Shown: positions 1 through 13,343, numbered from the stretch's first letter. The stretch is DNA of 64,000 nucleotides from Eledone cirrhosa (GCA_964016885.1 CAXHJY010000158.1:1-64000), one strand, 5' to 3'. Made by a program: numbers and translations. The notes: generated from the letters alone by a model not told the origin.

Positions 1-1282
1 CCTGTTGTGGGCAGTGTCTGGTCGGCTGACCATGCCTTGCTCATACAGGAACTGATCTGGCTTGATTTCTACAGCTGGATGCCCTTCCTAACACCAACCT
101 CATTTACAGTGAGTGCTGGGTGCTTTTTCGTGGCGCCTACACGTCCTCTTTACAGTGTGGGCTGGGTGCTTTTTTGCCGTGGCACCTCCACGACCACCTT
201 GCGGTGGGGGGGGGGGGGGCATATTGTTTATATGCTTCAGCATGTACCCATGGGAGGTCGGGTACCCTGTATTACTGCGTGACGCCAGAAGTCACGGTCG
301 TGTGTCATTGACTTTGAGAGGTGTAGTTGGGTAAGGTCGGCTTTTATCACCTCATCCCAAGTCATCTTGGGTCTCCCCACTCCGCGGTTTCCATCAACTT
401 CTAGTGCTCTGCACCTTTTTATGCAGCTGTCATCCTTCATACGCATCACATGTCCATACCAGCGTAACCGCCTCTCCTGCACGCAGCATTTGATTCCTCT
501 TATGCTCAGTCTCTCTCTCAATTCATTTATGCTTTGTCGTTCACGTATATTACTGTTACACATCCATCGGAGCATGCAGGCTTCGTTTCTCTCTAATCTA
601 CGTAAGTCTTCCACCTTCAGCGCCCAGGTCTCACTACCATGCAACATCGCTGTTCGGATACACGCATCATACAGTCTGCCTTTCATTCTGAGGGAGAAGC
701 CTTTTGCAGCTAGCAGTGGTAGTAGTTCCCTAAACTTCTTCCATCCCGTTCTTACCCTAGTTATTGTACTTTCTGAGCACCCACCTCCGTTGCTAATTCG
801 GTCACCTAGGTAGCAGAAGCTGTCTACTGTTTCTACAGGGCCCTCCCAGAGATTGGTGGTACTTGTTTCCTGTGGCTGTTTGCTTGCTGTTTCAGCACAG
901 CTGCTGCATGTGAATCCTACATTCTTAATTAAGCTTCCTGAGATCCCGCTACATCTCTTGTGTACCCATTGTTTGCATTTGGGGCAAAGAATGGAGTTCC
1001 TACCTACACCTTTCCTACATACTGAGCAAGGCCATTTCCCTGAGGGGATCTGGGTTCTGTTTTCTCGTCTACTTATAAGGACCTTAGTCTTTGTCATGTT
1101 GACTTTGAGGCCCTTTCTCTCTAGTCCCTGCTTCCAGGTTTGGAATTTATTCTCTAGTTCTACCATAGATTCAGCTATGAGTGCGAGGTCATCAGCATAC
1201 AGGAGTTCCCATGGGCATCCGGTCTTAAACTCCTCCGTTATTGCCTGCAGGACTATGATGAACAGGAGAGGGCTAAGAACAG
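1..1282 (-). mobile_element. RTE-clade LINE, family A, 5'-truncated; 3' end runs off the window
   Basis: ORF 237..1166 encodes the post-YADD RT region, C4HC3 finger and the MLHGSETW/RRLRWYGHV/GRPK tail; nearly identical to 34244-35528; truncates directly into (TA)n. Confidence 0.93.
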
Positions 1283-1324
1283 ATATAATATATATATATA
1301 AATATATATATAATATATATATAT

Positions 1325-1355
<31 letters not shown>

Positions 1356-1503
1356 ATATATATATATATATAATATATATATATATAATATATATATATA
1401 ATATATATATATAATATATATATAATATATATATATATATAATATATATATATATAATATATATATATATAATATATATATATATAATATATATATATAT
1501 AAT

Positions 1504-1532
<29 letters not shown>

Positions 1533-1534
<2 letters not shown>

Positions 1535-1669
1535 GTGAAGTAATTCCGTCGGAAAAGTCCAGGAAAAAAGAGTGCTCTATGTAGGTAACAGAGCTTAATA
1601 GTTATGTAATAAACAACATAAGCCAATGGTAAATGGAATAATTGCCTTATGTTGTTTATTACATAACTA
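1533..1669 (-). mobile_element. Penelope-like pLTR remnant with inverted repeat; same family as 57159-57384, hammerhead core missing
   Basis: Inverted arms atagttatgtaataaacaacataag / cttatgttgtttattacataactat; 1533-1622 is the reverse complement of 57297-57384. Confidence 0.7.
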
Positions 1670-1684
1670 TATATATATATATAT

Positions 1685-1754
<70 letters not shown>

Positions 1755-2041
1755 TATATATATATATATATAATATATATAATATATATATATAATATAT
1801 ATATCAATATATATATATAATATATATATATAATATATATATCAATATATATATATAATATATATATATATATATAATATATATATATAATATATATATA
1901 ATATATATATATACAAAATATAGATATATATAAAATATATATATATAATATATATATATATAAAATATATATATATATATATATATAATATATATATATA
2001 ATATATATATATATATATAAAATATATATATATAATATATA

Positions 2042-2081
<40 letters not shown>

Positions 2082-2454
2082 TATATACAAAATATATATA
2101 TATATATATAATATATAATATATATATATAATATATATATATAATATATAATATATATAATATATATAATAATATATAATATATAATATATATAATAATA
2201 TATAATATATAATATAATATATAATATATATAATATATAATATATAATATAATATATAATATATAATATATAATATATATAATAATATATAATATATAAT
2301 ATATATAATATATAATATATAATATATATAATATATATATATAATATATATATATAATATATATATATACAAAATATATATATATATATATAATATATAT
2401 AAAATATATATATATAATATATACATATATATATAAAATATATATATATAATAT

Positions 2455-2906
2455 ATACGATATTAAACAAATGGAAACTATATTTATAGAACCATATTTA
2501 TTTCATTATACATATTTCGGGGATACCATATTAAAAATATGGCATGCCTTCTTCAGATAAAATACAATATATAAACAGTTTTATAAATAATTTTGACGTA
2601 CCATAAATATTGAGCAACCGTTATGTAGGAAGCCGACCAAACCGGCTTCCTACATAACGGTTGCTCAATATTTATGGTACGTCAAAATTATTTATAAAAC
2701 TGTTTATATATTGTATTTTATCTGAAGGCATGCCATATTTTTAATATGGTATCCCCGAAATATGTATAATGAAATAAATATGGTTTTATAAATATAGTTT
2801 CCATTTGTTTAATATTGTATATCTACTCTAAAACTTGTCGAGTGCTTTATATCATTTATAAAATATTTACTAGTTGTAACCCAACAATTTTAAATAAAAC
2901 TTTTGC
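2455..2906. mobile_element. Near-perfect ~180-bp-arm palindrome, Penelope-like inverted pLTR
   Basis: Arms ~2455-2635 and ~2643-2820 around spacer accaaac; each arm carries a hammerhead-like motif. Confidence 0.75.
2499..2564 (-). ncRNA. Type I hammerhead ribozyme motif
   Basis: Minus strand: tattttat-CTGAAGA-aggcatgccata..tatggtatcccc-GAAA-tatgta-TA-atgaaata; stem I arms pair; the mirror copy at 2714-2776 has a 3-nt core deletion. Confidence 0.7.
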
Positions 2907-3061
2907 ATATATATTATATATATATATATAATATATATATAATATATAATATATAATTCATATATATATATAATATATATATAATTCATATATATATATA
3001 ATATATAATTTATATATATATATAATAAATAATTTATATATATATATAATTTATATATATA

Positions 3062-3105
<44 letters not shown>

Positions 3106-3279
3106 AATATATATTATATATATATATAATATATATATATATATATAATATATATATATAATATATATATATAATATATATATATAATATATATATATAT
3201 AATATATATATAATATATATATATAATATAATATATAATATATATATATATATATAAATATATAATATATATATATATA

Positions 3280-3480
3280 ATCATCATCATCATCATCGTT
3301 TAACGTCCATGTTCCACGCTTGCATGGGTTTGGACGGGAGTTTTCCCACTTGAGGCAAGAGTGGTTGTCATTGCTCCATAGGACTGTCTGGCGGGTTTTC
3401 TACAGCTGGATGCCCTTCCTAACACCAACCACAATTACAGTGTGGGGCTGGGAGGTTTTTACCGTGTTGCCTACACGGCA
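3280..3480 (-). mobile_element. RTE family B 3'-UTR fragment with (ATC)n tail
   Basis: Matches the 3' UTR of the full-length copy (about 61730-61929). Confidence 0.92.
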
Positions 3481-3543
3481 TAATAATATATATATATATA
3501 TATAATATATATATATAATATATATATATATATAATATATATA

Positions 3544-3581
<38 letters not shown>

Positions 3582-3958
3582 TATATATATATAATATACA
3601 TATATAATATATTATATATATATAATATATATATATAATATATAATATATATATATAATTTATATATATATAATATATAATATATATATATAATATATAA
3701 TTTATATATATATAATATATAATTTATATATATATAATATATAATTTATATATATATATAATATATAATTCATATATATATATAATATATAATTTATATA
3801 TATATATAATATATAATTTATATATATATATAATATATAATTTATATATATATATAATATATAAATATATATAATATATAATTTATATATATATATAATA
3901 TATAATTTATATATATAATATATAATATATAATTTATATATATATATAATATATAATT

Positions 3959-3994
<36 letters not shown>

Positions 3995-4048
3995 ATAATA
4001 TATTATATATAATATATATATATAATATATATATATATAATATATATA

Positions 4049-4250
4049 ATCATCATCATCATCATCGTTTAACGTCCATGTTCCACGCTTGCATGGGTTT
4101 GGACGGGAGTTTTCCCACTTGAGGCAAGAGTGGTTGTCATTGCTCGCATAGGACTGTCTGGCGGGTTTTCTACAGCTGGATGCCCTTCCTAACACCAACC
4201 ACATTTACAGTGTGGGGCTGGGAGGTTTTTACCGTGTTGCCTACACGGCA
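4049..4250 (-). mobile_element. RTE family B 3'-UTR fragment, local duplicate of 3280-3480
   Basis: Same truncation point (ctacacggca|taataata) and same extra base (gtcattgctc). Confidence 0.92.
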
Positions 4251-4305
4251 TAATAATATATATATATATATATATATAATATATATATATATATAATATA
4301 TATAT

Positions 4306-4348
<43 letters not shown>

Positions 4349-5692
4349 CTCCTGTGATTATATAATATATATAATATATATAGAGAGAGAATAATATATA
4401 CGGTAAGGAAAAAAATAAAAACGAAAGGAATTAAGCATTTTAGTGAACATGATAAAAAAAACTATAATTTTACTGTTCAGAATAAAAAAAAAAAAGAAAG
4501 AAAAGCAACAAGTACGATTAAGAGCCATTTCTTTTCTCTTTCCAAGCCAGATTCCGAACATCCCCACCAGCACCTCTACAAATAGCAGTCTTTCGAAGGA
4601 CGGAATATTTGAAATTTCAAAGAATTTTGACTACACATACACACAGCTGTGAGTGCATATTGCTGATGTGTGGAGTGAGGTGTATAAACCGGTAGAAAAG
4701 GTTGTGTTGATATACTGATACAAATTTATGTAACCTATTGATCATAGTGTGCTAGATTCTGAGAAACCAGTCACGAGTTCTGCTCCCCCTTCTCTCTCTT
4801 TCTCCCCGTTCAGTTATCTCTCAATTTAACAAAGCACAGTGCTTCACCTAGCTATATCATTACTCCCCATCTCTCCTCTCTCTCTTACGTTTATCCGACT
4901 GCTGCCTCCAACATTACTACAGCCTTCTAACCCTCATACATGCGGTTTCTATGTCAAGCCAAACTTCTGAAAAACCAAACTAGTCAGTCTGTTAAGAAAA
5001 TAATATATTAATATAAACGAAAACGGCTCGAAATGACAATTCGCAATTTTGTCAGTACAGTTATTTTCTCTTCAGAATATCTATTATTTCTTGCATGTAT
5101 CAACACGAGAGACAAAGAAATATAGACGAGCTGAGGAAGAGACTTAGTACAGAGGACGGATGAGAGACATATACATAGAGAGAGAATCATTTATTCAAGT
5201 TGATTTGTGCAAACTAAATGCTGAAACTTCATAAAAGAATACCAGACGATAGAATTATTATCTTTTTCTATGTAGCTTTGAAAATAAACCGCTTCTATTC
5301 TATTTCGGTTAACTTAATTCTTAATGACCATACTGAACAGATTTTAAACCTGGCGGATTCCATCCCTCTTCAGGACTCAACACAGCCAATGTCTGAGAGA
5401 GAGATCGAATCAAAAGGATGAAAAGAAAAGTTGGCCTCAGCGGTATTTGAATTCAGAGTGCAATGAGCCGGAACAAATCCGCCGTTTGTAGAAAAAATGA
5501 AAATACATTAAAATTATACAATGAAACATAAGTTGCTTTTACAGATTTTTGATTTATATATAATTAGTTTTTATTGTCTGTTTCATTTATTTATTTAAAC
5601 ATGCCATTTCGAGATCCCACTTTAATACAGCCTACTAAACTTTTAAAAACTTTTTCTCTCTCTCTCTCACACACACATATATATATATAATA

Positions 5693-5746
5693 TGTCGGAC
5701 TGACGGCTGCGGAAATTATCCCACAGCGAAACGCACGTATTCGTCA
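5693..5746 (+). ncRNA. Degenerate type I hammerhead motif (A9 missing)
   Basis: tgtcgga-CTGACG-gctgcgg..ccacagc-GAAA-cgcacg-TA-ttcgtca; island flanked by (TA)n. Confidence 0.55.
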
Positions 5747-5773
5747 GACGAAAATGTGATTTTAACCTAATTT

Positions 5774-5839
<66 letters not shown>

Positions 5840-5879
5840 TAATGTGTAAATATTTCTTTTTGTCGTCAAATTAATTTTA

Positions 5880-6142
5880 CATAGTCCTATAGTGTTCTAA
5901 TGGATCGAACAAGTAGTCGAGCATTCTACAGACGTGTACCCTTAACATCGTTCTCATGGAAATTCAAATTTGACTAAACTGGCCTTTTAAAAATCATGCG
6001 TACAACTCAGTTTTGCTAGCAGGGTGGACTGAAAGAAAGTGAAATTAGGTGATTGCTGAAGGATACAACGCGCCGCCAGGAATCGAACTCACAACCTTTG
6101 GATCGTGAGCCGAACACCCTAACCGCTAAACCACACGCATTC
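5880..6142 (-). mobile_element. Old tRNA-derived CORE-type SINE copy
   Basis: Antisense A/B-box head (ctaaccgctaaaccac; gaatcgaactcac) and degenerate CORE-like segment. Confidence 0.6.
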
Positions 6143-6679
6143 AGGTCTAGCATCGACACATCCGCCAACAACTTTTTGCTGAATTAACTCAGCTGTCAAC
6201 ACAGCCTCAACACTTTGATATGTAGCTGTTGTATCGTGTATTTGCTGGCACGTTGTTTCATTATTCAATATCGGATTGATTAGGTCAACACATACGCACA
6301 AAGTAAGTGATAGAAAGACTTTTAGGTAGGGCAGGGTTGCAACTGACTGCATTCTTAGATAAGTTTCTCCAGCTTGTTGTACTATTACTTTGGCTATATT
6401 GTGTTCGAAACTACACAGGGTAGGGGGGGGGGGAAATCTTTGCATGCATTCCAAACGCACTTCCCCCAAATTATTAGGTATATTGCGAAAAAACAACCGA
6501 GGTGAATGTTATTCAGTTGCCAGTTTATGAGCAATGAGTTCAAATTCGACGAGGGCCTCTCATTGTGTTTCTGAGTAGATATGTTTATTGTACACTGCAT
6601 GAATCCACTTAGTTATCACGAATAAAAACCAGTTTACTTAGGAATAACACTTGGTGTATGTGTGTATATATGATCGCTG

Positions 6680-6960
6680 TCAGGACGATGAGCGTCCAGT
6701 TGTTTAATCAATGGAACAGCCTGTCCGTGAAATTAACATGCAAATGAATGAGCATTCTATAGATATTCTTCAAAGATTCAACAGGACACAAAGTTGGCCT
6801 TTTGAATTACGGGTCCAACAAATTTTTTTTTCCAGCTGTGTGGATTGAAACATGAAAATGTGTCTTGCTAAAGAACACAATACGTCGTCTGACTCGGGAG
6901 TCGAGCTTATGACTTTATAGTCGTAGGACCAACCTAACCACTAAGCCACGCGCCTTCATG
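6680..6960 (-). mobile_element. Old tRNA-derived CORE-type SINE copy
   Basis: Head ctaaccactaagccacgcgcc, gtgtcttgctaaagaacac; body shared with 5880-6142 and 27230-27375. Confidence 0.65.
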
Positions 6961-7539
6961 TTACTTGCTATAGACTTGTGTTCTATCAAGTAGGGAATAA
7001 ACATTACCTGATATAGACGGGAGTATCTACCAAGCGGGGGAAATAAAAGACAAAGGACATCTTAACCCTGAAAATGAAACCTTGATATAAGATGTCGTTT
7101 TCGAAACTGTCACGCGTTCCAAACAGATGAAAACTGAAAGTTATTAAGAAAGAAGAAAAGAAAAAGTTATTACAGTGCTGCAAATCAAGTCTCATCGTTG
7201 TCACTTTGTTCGTGTATGCTGTACAGAATTTGTACCTCAGTTTGGTTTCCTGTCTACACTAAGGCAACTAGATTTCTATTATTAGGCGTTTTAGGGTGAC
7301 AGTACAATAGATCACTAGAATAAGTTTTACAATATTTAATTTCACTCCTCAGGTTCTGATTTGAGATTACACTGCAATCTGAACCGAAAGGAAAACGTAA
7401 ACTCAAACTGAGTGATCACACTGAACAGAGAAGAGATTTCCTTGAATTAAAAGGTCATTCTGGACCGAAATACTAGGTCACTCACCTATTGCTGAGACTA
7501 GGTCACTGAACAAATAGAGCACATCAAATAGAGGTTATC

Positions 7540-8340
7540 CTGGAGAGAGAGTATGGGTAGGGGTCAACTTGAACAGAGATAGATCAACTTTCAGTTCAAG
7601 TTGACTTGAACTGAGAGAGTGGGGTCAATGTAAACTGAGAGAGAGGGTCAACTTGAACAGAGAGATGGTGAACTTGAACTAATAAAGAGAAGGGGTCAAC
7701 TTGAACTGATAGAGGGGTCTTTAATTGAGAGATGGGCCAACTTGAACTGACAGAAGTCTCATTGAATTGATACAAAAGTCAACATGTATGGGAGCTCACC
7801 CTAAATTGAGAGAGGAGGCCATTATATTAAGAGATGTGATTACTCTGAACTGAAAGAAAGGCTGAACCATATAGGAGAGAAGGAAACTGAAATTATGAAA
7901 TTGAGACAGTAAAATCATGTTCAACTGCACAAAAGAAAGCATACTGAACTTGTGTGAAGGAGAAAGTCATCATGTTCAACTAAGAGTGACAATCGATAAC
8001 TCCAAACGAAAGAGACAGACAGAGAGAGGTCATCCCTTCAATTGTGAGGGAAGTTATATTCAATTTCTGAAAAAGAAGTTACGTTCATCTTGAAGGGCTG
8101 CTATGCTCAGCCAGAAAAGAAACTATGTTTACTTGGAAGAGAAGTTATGTTTCACTAGAAATGAAGTTATGTTTAATTGGAAGGAGAAGTTAGGTTTAAC
8201 TGGAAGGAGAATTTATGGTCAGCCAGAAGTGATGCTATGTTCAACTGGACAGGTCATTATGTTTAACCAAAGAAGTTATGTTCAGCTAAAAGAGAAGTGC
8301 TGTTGAGCTAGAAAATAAGTTACATTCAACTAAAAGAGAG
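7540..8340. repeat. Degenerate ~20-bp minisatellite (ggtcaacttgaac grading into aagttatgttcaac)
   Basis: Repeated ggtcaacttgaac at 7562-7745 and gaagttatgtt at 8050-8330. Confidence 0.7.
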
Positions 8341-9049
8341 GGCACAGAAATCATGGTGAATTAAGAACAGAGAGGAAAGGAGAAGAAACAAAAAAGAAAA
8401 AGTGAAACCAAGTGAGAGGAGGATAACATGAAAATTGGGAGGGATGTTAGGCTGAGAACTAAGAGATATAGATAGATGACAAGATTTTCAGAGATATCAG
8501 TCTGAATTGAGAGTAAAAAGACAGAGAAAATAATAGTGATTTGAAGGAGGAGGAGGATGAAGAAAAAGACAAACAAGAACAAGAAGAAAAAGAAGTTACT
8601 CCAAAGTAATTTCTTTACATATCCAAAACTATCGATTTAGTTGCTAATTTCACATGATGTCCTCTGACTACAATTTCACAACAAACCAACAGAACATTCA
8701 GTTTTAAGCAGAGAATTGAAGCAACATTATCAGTTGCAATCTTAGCAATGCCTAATAAATATTTATGTTCACACAGATAGACAGACAGACAGATACATTC
8801 AAGTATTCCCAGAATTATTTATGACCAGGTTCTGTTCCAATCAACATGAGCAAAACTTGAAGACCTACAAGTATGATCAGAGAGGGGAGGGGGGTATTTT
8901 ATATAGACTTATCATGTACTGTACTAAGTAACTAATACCTCCTGTTTTATCTTTTTAATGAATTATTATATGTGGATTTTCCTAGGCATGGTTTTTGCCT
9001 CTTTGCATATGATGTTTATTGGGGGGTATGATAGGTACACAATGTAAAA

Positions 9050-9590
9050 TAAAGGGCAGAAGACCAGCGAAGTTTGGAAAGAAATGAAGCATGCATGCTC
9101 TGATGGATGTGTAATAGTATAATACACGAACGACAAAGTGTAAATGAACTTAGAAAGACATTAGGAATAAGAAGGTTCAGATGCAGTATGCTAGAGAGAA
9201 GATTGCATTGGTATGATCGTGTGATGCATATGAAGTATGCCAGCTGTATAAAAAGGTCCAGGGAGATCAAAATTGATGGAAGCTTTGGTGTAGGAGGATC
9301 TGGGATGACGTAATAAAAGCTGATCTTGCGCAATTGCACCTCTCAAAGACAATGGACATAGGATCAAGATCTTTGGCGTTACAGAAGACATTTCTTCCCA
9401 TGTGCATGGACTCAAGCATACATCTAGTAGGCACATCTTAATAACTATACCCCCTTCCATACACCTCCAATGCCCCAACACCAACCTACTTCTATTAACA
9501 CCACTCTTACACTGTAAAGTTATCTTGGTATCACAACTAAAAAGCATCCAGCCAACACCAGGTGCTTGTCACAACAAAAAGCACTCAGCC
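9050..9590 (+). pseudogene. Old, degenerate RTE (A/B-like) 3' fragment
   Basis: Remnant translation LERNEACML*WMCNS..ERRLHWYDRVMHMK..IDGSFGVG; degenerate 3' UTR. Confidence 0.8.
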
Positions 9591-9943
9591 TGACATATAT
9601 ATACAAACATACATTCATATATATATATATATATATACAAACATACATTCATATATATATATATATATACAAACATACATTCATATATATATATATATAT
9701 ACAAACATACATTCATATATATATATATATATATACAAACATACATTCATATATATATATATATATACAAACATACATTCATATATATATATATATATAT
9801 ACAAACATACATTCATATATATATATATATATACAAACATACATTCATATATATATATATATATATACAAACATACATTCATATATATATATATATATAC
9901 AAACATACATTCATATATATATATATATATATACAAACATACA

Positions 9944-9983
<40 letters not shown>

Positions 9984-10308
9984 CAAACATACATTCATAT
10001 ATATATATATATATATATATACAAACATACATTCATATATACAAACATACATTTATATATATATATATATATATACAAACATACATTCATATATACAAAC
10101 ATACATTTATATATATATATATATATATATATACAAACATACATTCATATATACAAACATACATTTATATATATATATATATACAAACATACATTCATAT
10201 ATACAAACATACATTTATATATATATATATATATATATACAAACATACATTCATATATACAAACATACATTTATATATATATATATATATATATACAAAC
10301 ATACATTC

Positions 10309-10339
<31 letters not shown>

Positions 10340-10350
10340 AACATACATTC

Positions 10351-10381
<31 letters not shown>

Positions 10382-10441
10382 AACATACATTCATATATAT
10401 ACAAACATACATTCATATATAGATATATATATATATATTAT

Positions 10442-10525
<84 letters not shown>

Positions 10526-10526
<1 letters not shown>

Positions 10527-10685
10527 AGATCAAAAGATGGTTAAAAGAGTTCCATGTATTTTATTATGCGCATTTCAAAAACAAATATCATCATGCAATA
10601 ACATTTGTGTTTTCGTCAGATAAAATAGGGAGACATGATATGACAGTTAAAACACACTTGTGAAGAGTGCAGTTTTAAATCAACA
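10526..10685 (-). mobile_element. 160-bp hammerhead-bearing unit (copy 1)
   Basis: Same ends and near-identical sequence as 57424-57583; flanked by (TA)n. Confidence 0.8.
10557..10627 (-). ncRNA. Intact type I hammerhead ribozyme motif
   Basis: tattttat-CTGACGA-aaacacaaatgttat[tgcatg]atgatatttgttttt-GAAA-tgcgca-TA-ataaaata; perfect 8-bp stem I, palindromic stem III. Confidence 0.88.
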
Positions 10686-10716
10686 TATATATATATATAT
10701 TATAGACAAACATACA

Positions 10717-10776
<60 letters not shown>

Positions 10777-10787
10777 AACATACATTC

Positions 10788-10834
<47 letters not shown>

Positions 10835-10845
10835 AACATACATTC

Positions 10846-10882
<37 letters not shown>

Positions 10883-10939
10883 AACATACATTCATATATA
10901 TATATTATATATATATATATTATATACAAACATACATTC

Positions 10940-10975
<36 letters not shown>

Positions 10976-10982
10976 TCATATG

Positions 10983-11024
<42 letters not shown>

Positions 11025-11076
11025 AACATACATTCATATATATATTATATATATATATATTATATACAAACATACA

Positions 11077-11110
<34 letters not shown>

Positions 11111-11180
11111 AACATACATTCATATGTATATATATACAAACATACATTCATATATATATATATATTATATACAAACATAC

Positions 11181-11211
<31 letters not shown>

Positions 11212-11341
11212 CAAACATACATTTATATATATATATATATATATATTATATACAAACATACATTCATATATATATATATATATAAACATACATTCATATA
11301 TATATATATATACATACATTCATATATATATATATATATAT

Positions 11342-11530
11342 ACGTTATTCCGGGTTGAATCGGAGGTAACCACAGTAAGTAAGGTACTCAATACATTGCA
11401 GAGTATAAAAGTTTTAATATAGATGAGATTCCACAGGACTAGAACTGTTTCATTCTTTAGAAATCATCAGTGATGATTTCTAAAGAATGAAACAGTTCTA
11501 GTCCTGTGGAATCTCATCTATATTAAAACT
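11342..11530. mobile_element. Penelope-like pLTR remnant with perfect 60-bp-arm palindrome centred on a hammerhead core
   Basis: Arms 11410-11469 and 11471-11530; minus strand reads CTGATGA-tttctaaagaat-GAAA-cagttctag-TC-ctgtgg. Confidence 0.75.
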
Positions 11531-11596
11531 ATATATATATATAAACATACATTCATATATATATATACATATATATATATATACAAACATACATTC

Positions 11597-11627
<31 letters not shown>

Positions 11628-11640
11628 CAAACATACATTC

Positions 11641-11671
<31 letters not shown>

Positions 11672-11684
11672 CAAACATACATTC

Positions 11685-11715
<31 letters not shown>

Positions 11716-11725
11716 CAAACATACA

Positions 11726-11786
<61 letters not shown>

Positions 11787-11791
11787 ATACA

Positions 11792-11830
<39 letters not shown>

Positions 11831-11860
11831 ATACATTCATATATATATATACAAACATAC

Positions 11861-12206
11861 ATCATCATCATCATCATTTCATTTTACGTCCGCTTTTCCC
11901 TGCTTGCAAGGGTGGGACGGGAACTGATTCTGGCTTGATTTCTACAGCTGGATGCCCTTCCTAACACCAACCTCATTTACAGTGAGTGCTGGGTGCTTTT
12001 TTGCCGTGGCACCTACACGACCACTTTGCAGTGGAATGATAAGGACCTCAGTCCCTATCATCTCATTTCTACAGCTGAGTAAACTGGAGCAATTTGAAAT
12101 AAAGTGTCTTGCTCAAGGAAACAACACACCACCCGGTCTGAGAATTGAACTCACAACCTTTCGATTGCAAGGCCAATGCTCTAACCACTAAGCCATGTGC
12201 CTCCAT
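11861..12206 (-). mobile_element. Young tRNA/CORE-type SINE with RTE tail
   Basis: Reverse complement of 14114-14462; (ATC)n tail. Confidence 0.9.
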
Positions 12207-12255
12207 ACATATATATATACAAATATACATTCATATATATATATATATATATATA

Positions 12256-12847
12256 TGGTGGCTGCCAACTCGTTTTCGAGTACGGCCACTACTTTATATC
12301 CATGTAGGAGAACCCCTACCGATGCGCTGAACGAGTGACTTTTTAGTCTAGCCAGCGACTTGAAAACTCTGGTACAAACACTACACTTGTGACAATTATT
12401 GACACATAGTGCTGGGCCCATGGTACCATGTGACGACATGTTCAGAGAGATATCCAGATATAAAGCAATGCCTGTGCCGTGAAGCTTTTATAGTGAGCAA
12501 AGGCACTGCACAAAGCCAGTCCCACTCTCTTAACCAAGATGATATTTACCAAAAAGAAGAACAAGTCAAGAATTTTTTTTTTTTTCCCCCCTCGTGCAAT
12601 GGCCATACTCGATAACGAGGGGGCAGCCATCATGTATGTATGTATGTAAGGTTTCTTGGTGAGGAGCGTGACTTTGGACATCCTGCATGACTAAAATCAA
12701 AACCTGACAAAGGGCAAAGGAGCTCTTAAGAGTCAATGGCCATCCAAAATCACCGAGAGAGATGACCGCTTAGCCTTTGTTAAGGCAGAATTCTAGGAGA
12801 AGGGAAACTCTGATATAACACCTGCAACTCTGATGGTATCCAATGAT
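12256..12847 (-). mobile_element. Bipartite non-autonomous RTE derivative with 5' inversion
   Basis: 12256-12569 matches the 3' part of 22917-23484; 12648-12847 is the 5' part in opposite orientation. Confidence 0.8.
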
Positions 12848-12874
12848 ATATATATATATATATAAAAACATACA

Positions 12875-12912
<38 letters not shown>

Positions 12913-12918
12913 CATACA

Positions 12919-12956
<38 letters not shown>

Positions 12957-12962
12957 CATACA

Positions 12963-13004
<42 letters not shown>

Positions 13005-13121
13005 TATTTATATATATACAAACATACATTCATATATATATATATATACATATATATTTATATATATACAAACATACATTCATATATATATATATATATA
13101 TATATATACAAACATACATTC

Positions 13122-13152
<31 letters not shown>

Positions 13153-13156
13153 AATA

Positions 13157-13203
<47 letters not shown>

Positions 13204-13343
13204 TCATATATATATATATATATATATACAAACATACATTCATATATATATATATATATATTCATTCTCATCTCGGGAACAATTTTGAATAGCGCTAGTT
13301 CGTAATTTAAACTCGGGAATTTTATATTCTCCGAGTGAAAAGA

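Larger units (their letters stand above)
1283..4350. repeat. (TA)n microsatellite field with TAA-interrupted variant, broken by short inserts
   Basis: Directly visible; source of the Ile/Tyr ORFs. Confidence 0.97.

Noticed and set aside
367-1326. Recurring antisense ORFs over the RTE RT region
   Set aside because: Shadow frames repeated only because the copies are near-identical; no recognisable motifs.
7540-8340. Coding repeat exon in the minisatellite
   Set aside because: Unit length is irregular, frames are interrupted by stops and there is no protein similarity.
9594-10420. Repeat-spacer look of the acaaacatacattc array as a CRISPR
   Set aside because: Spacers are only variable-length TA, there are no cas genes, and the context is eukaryotic.
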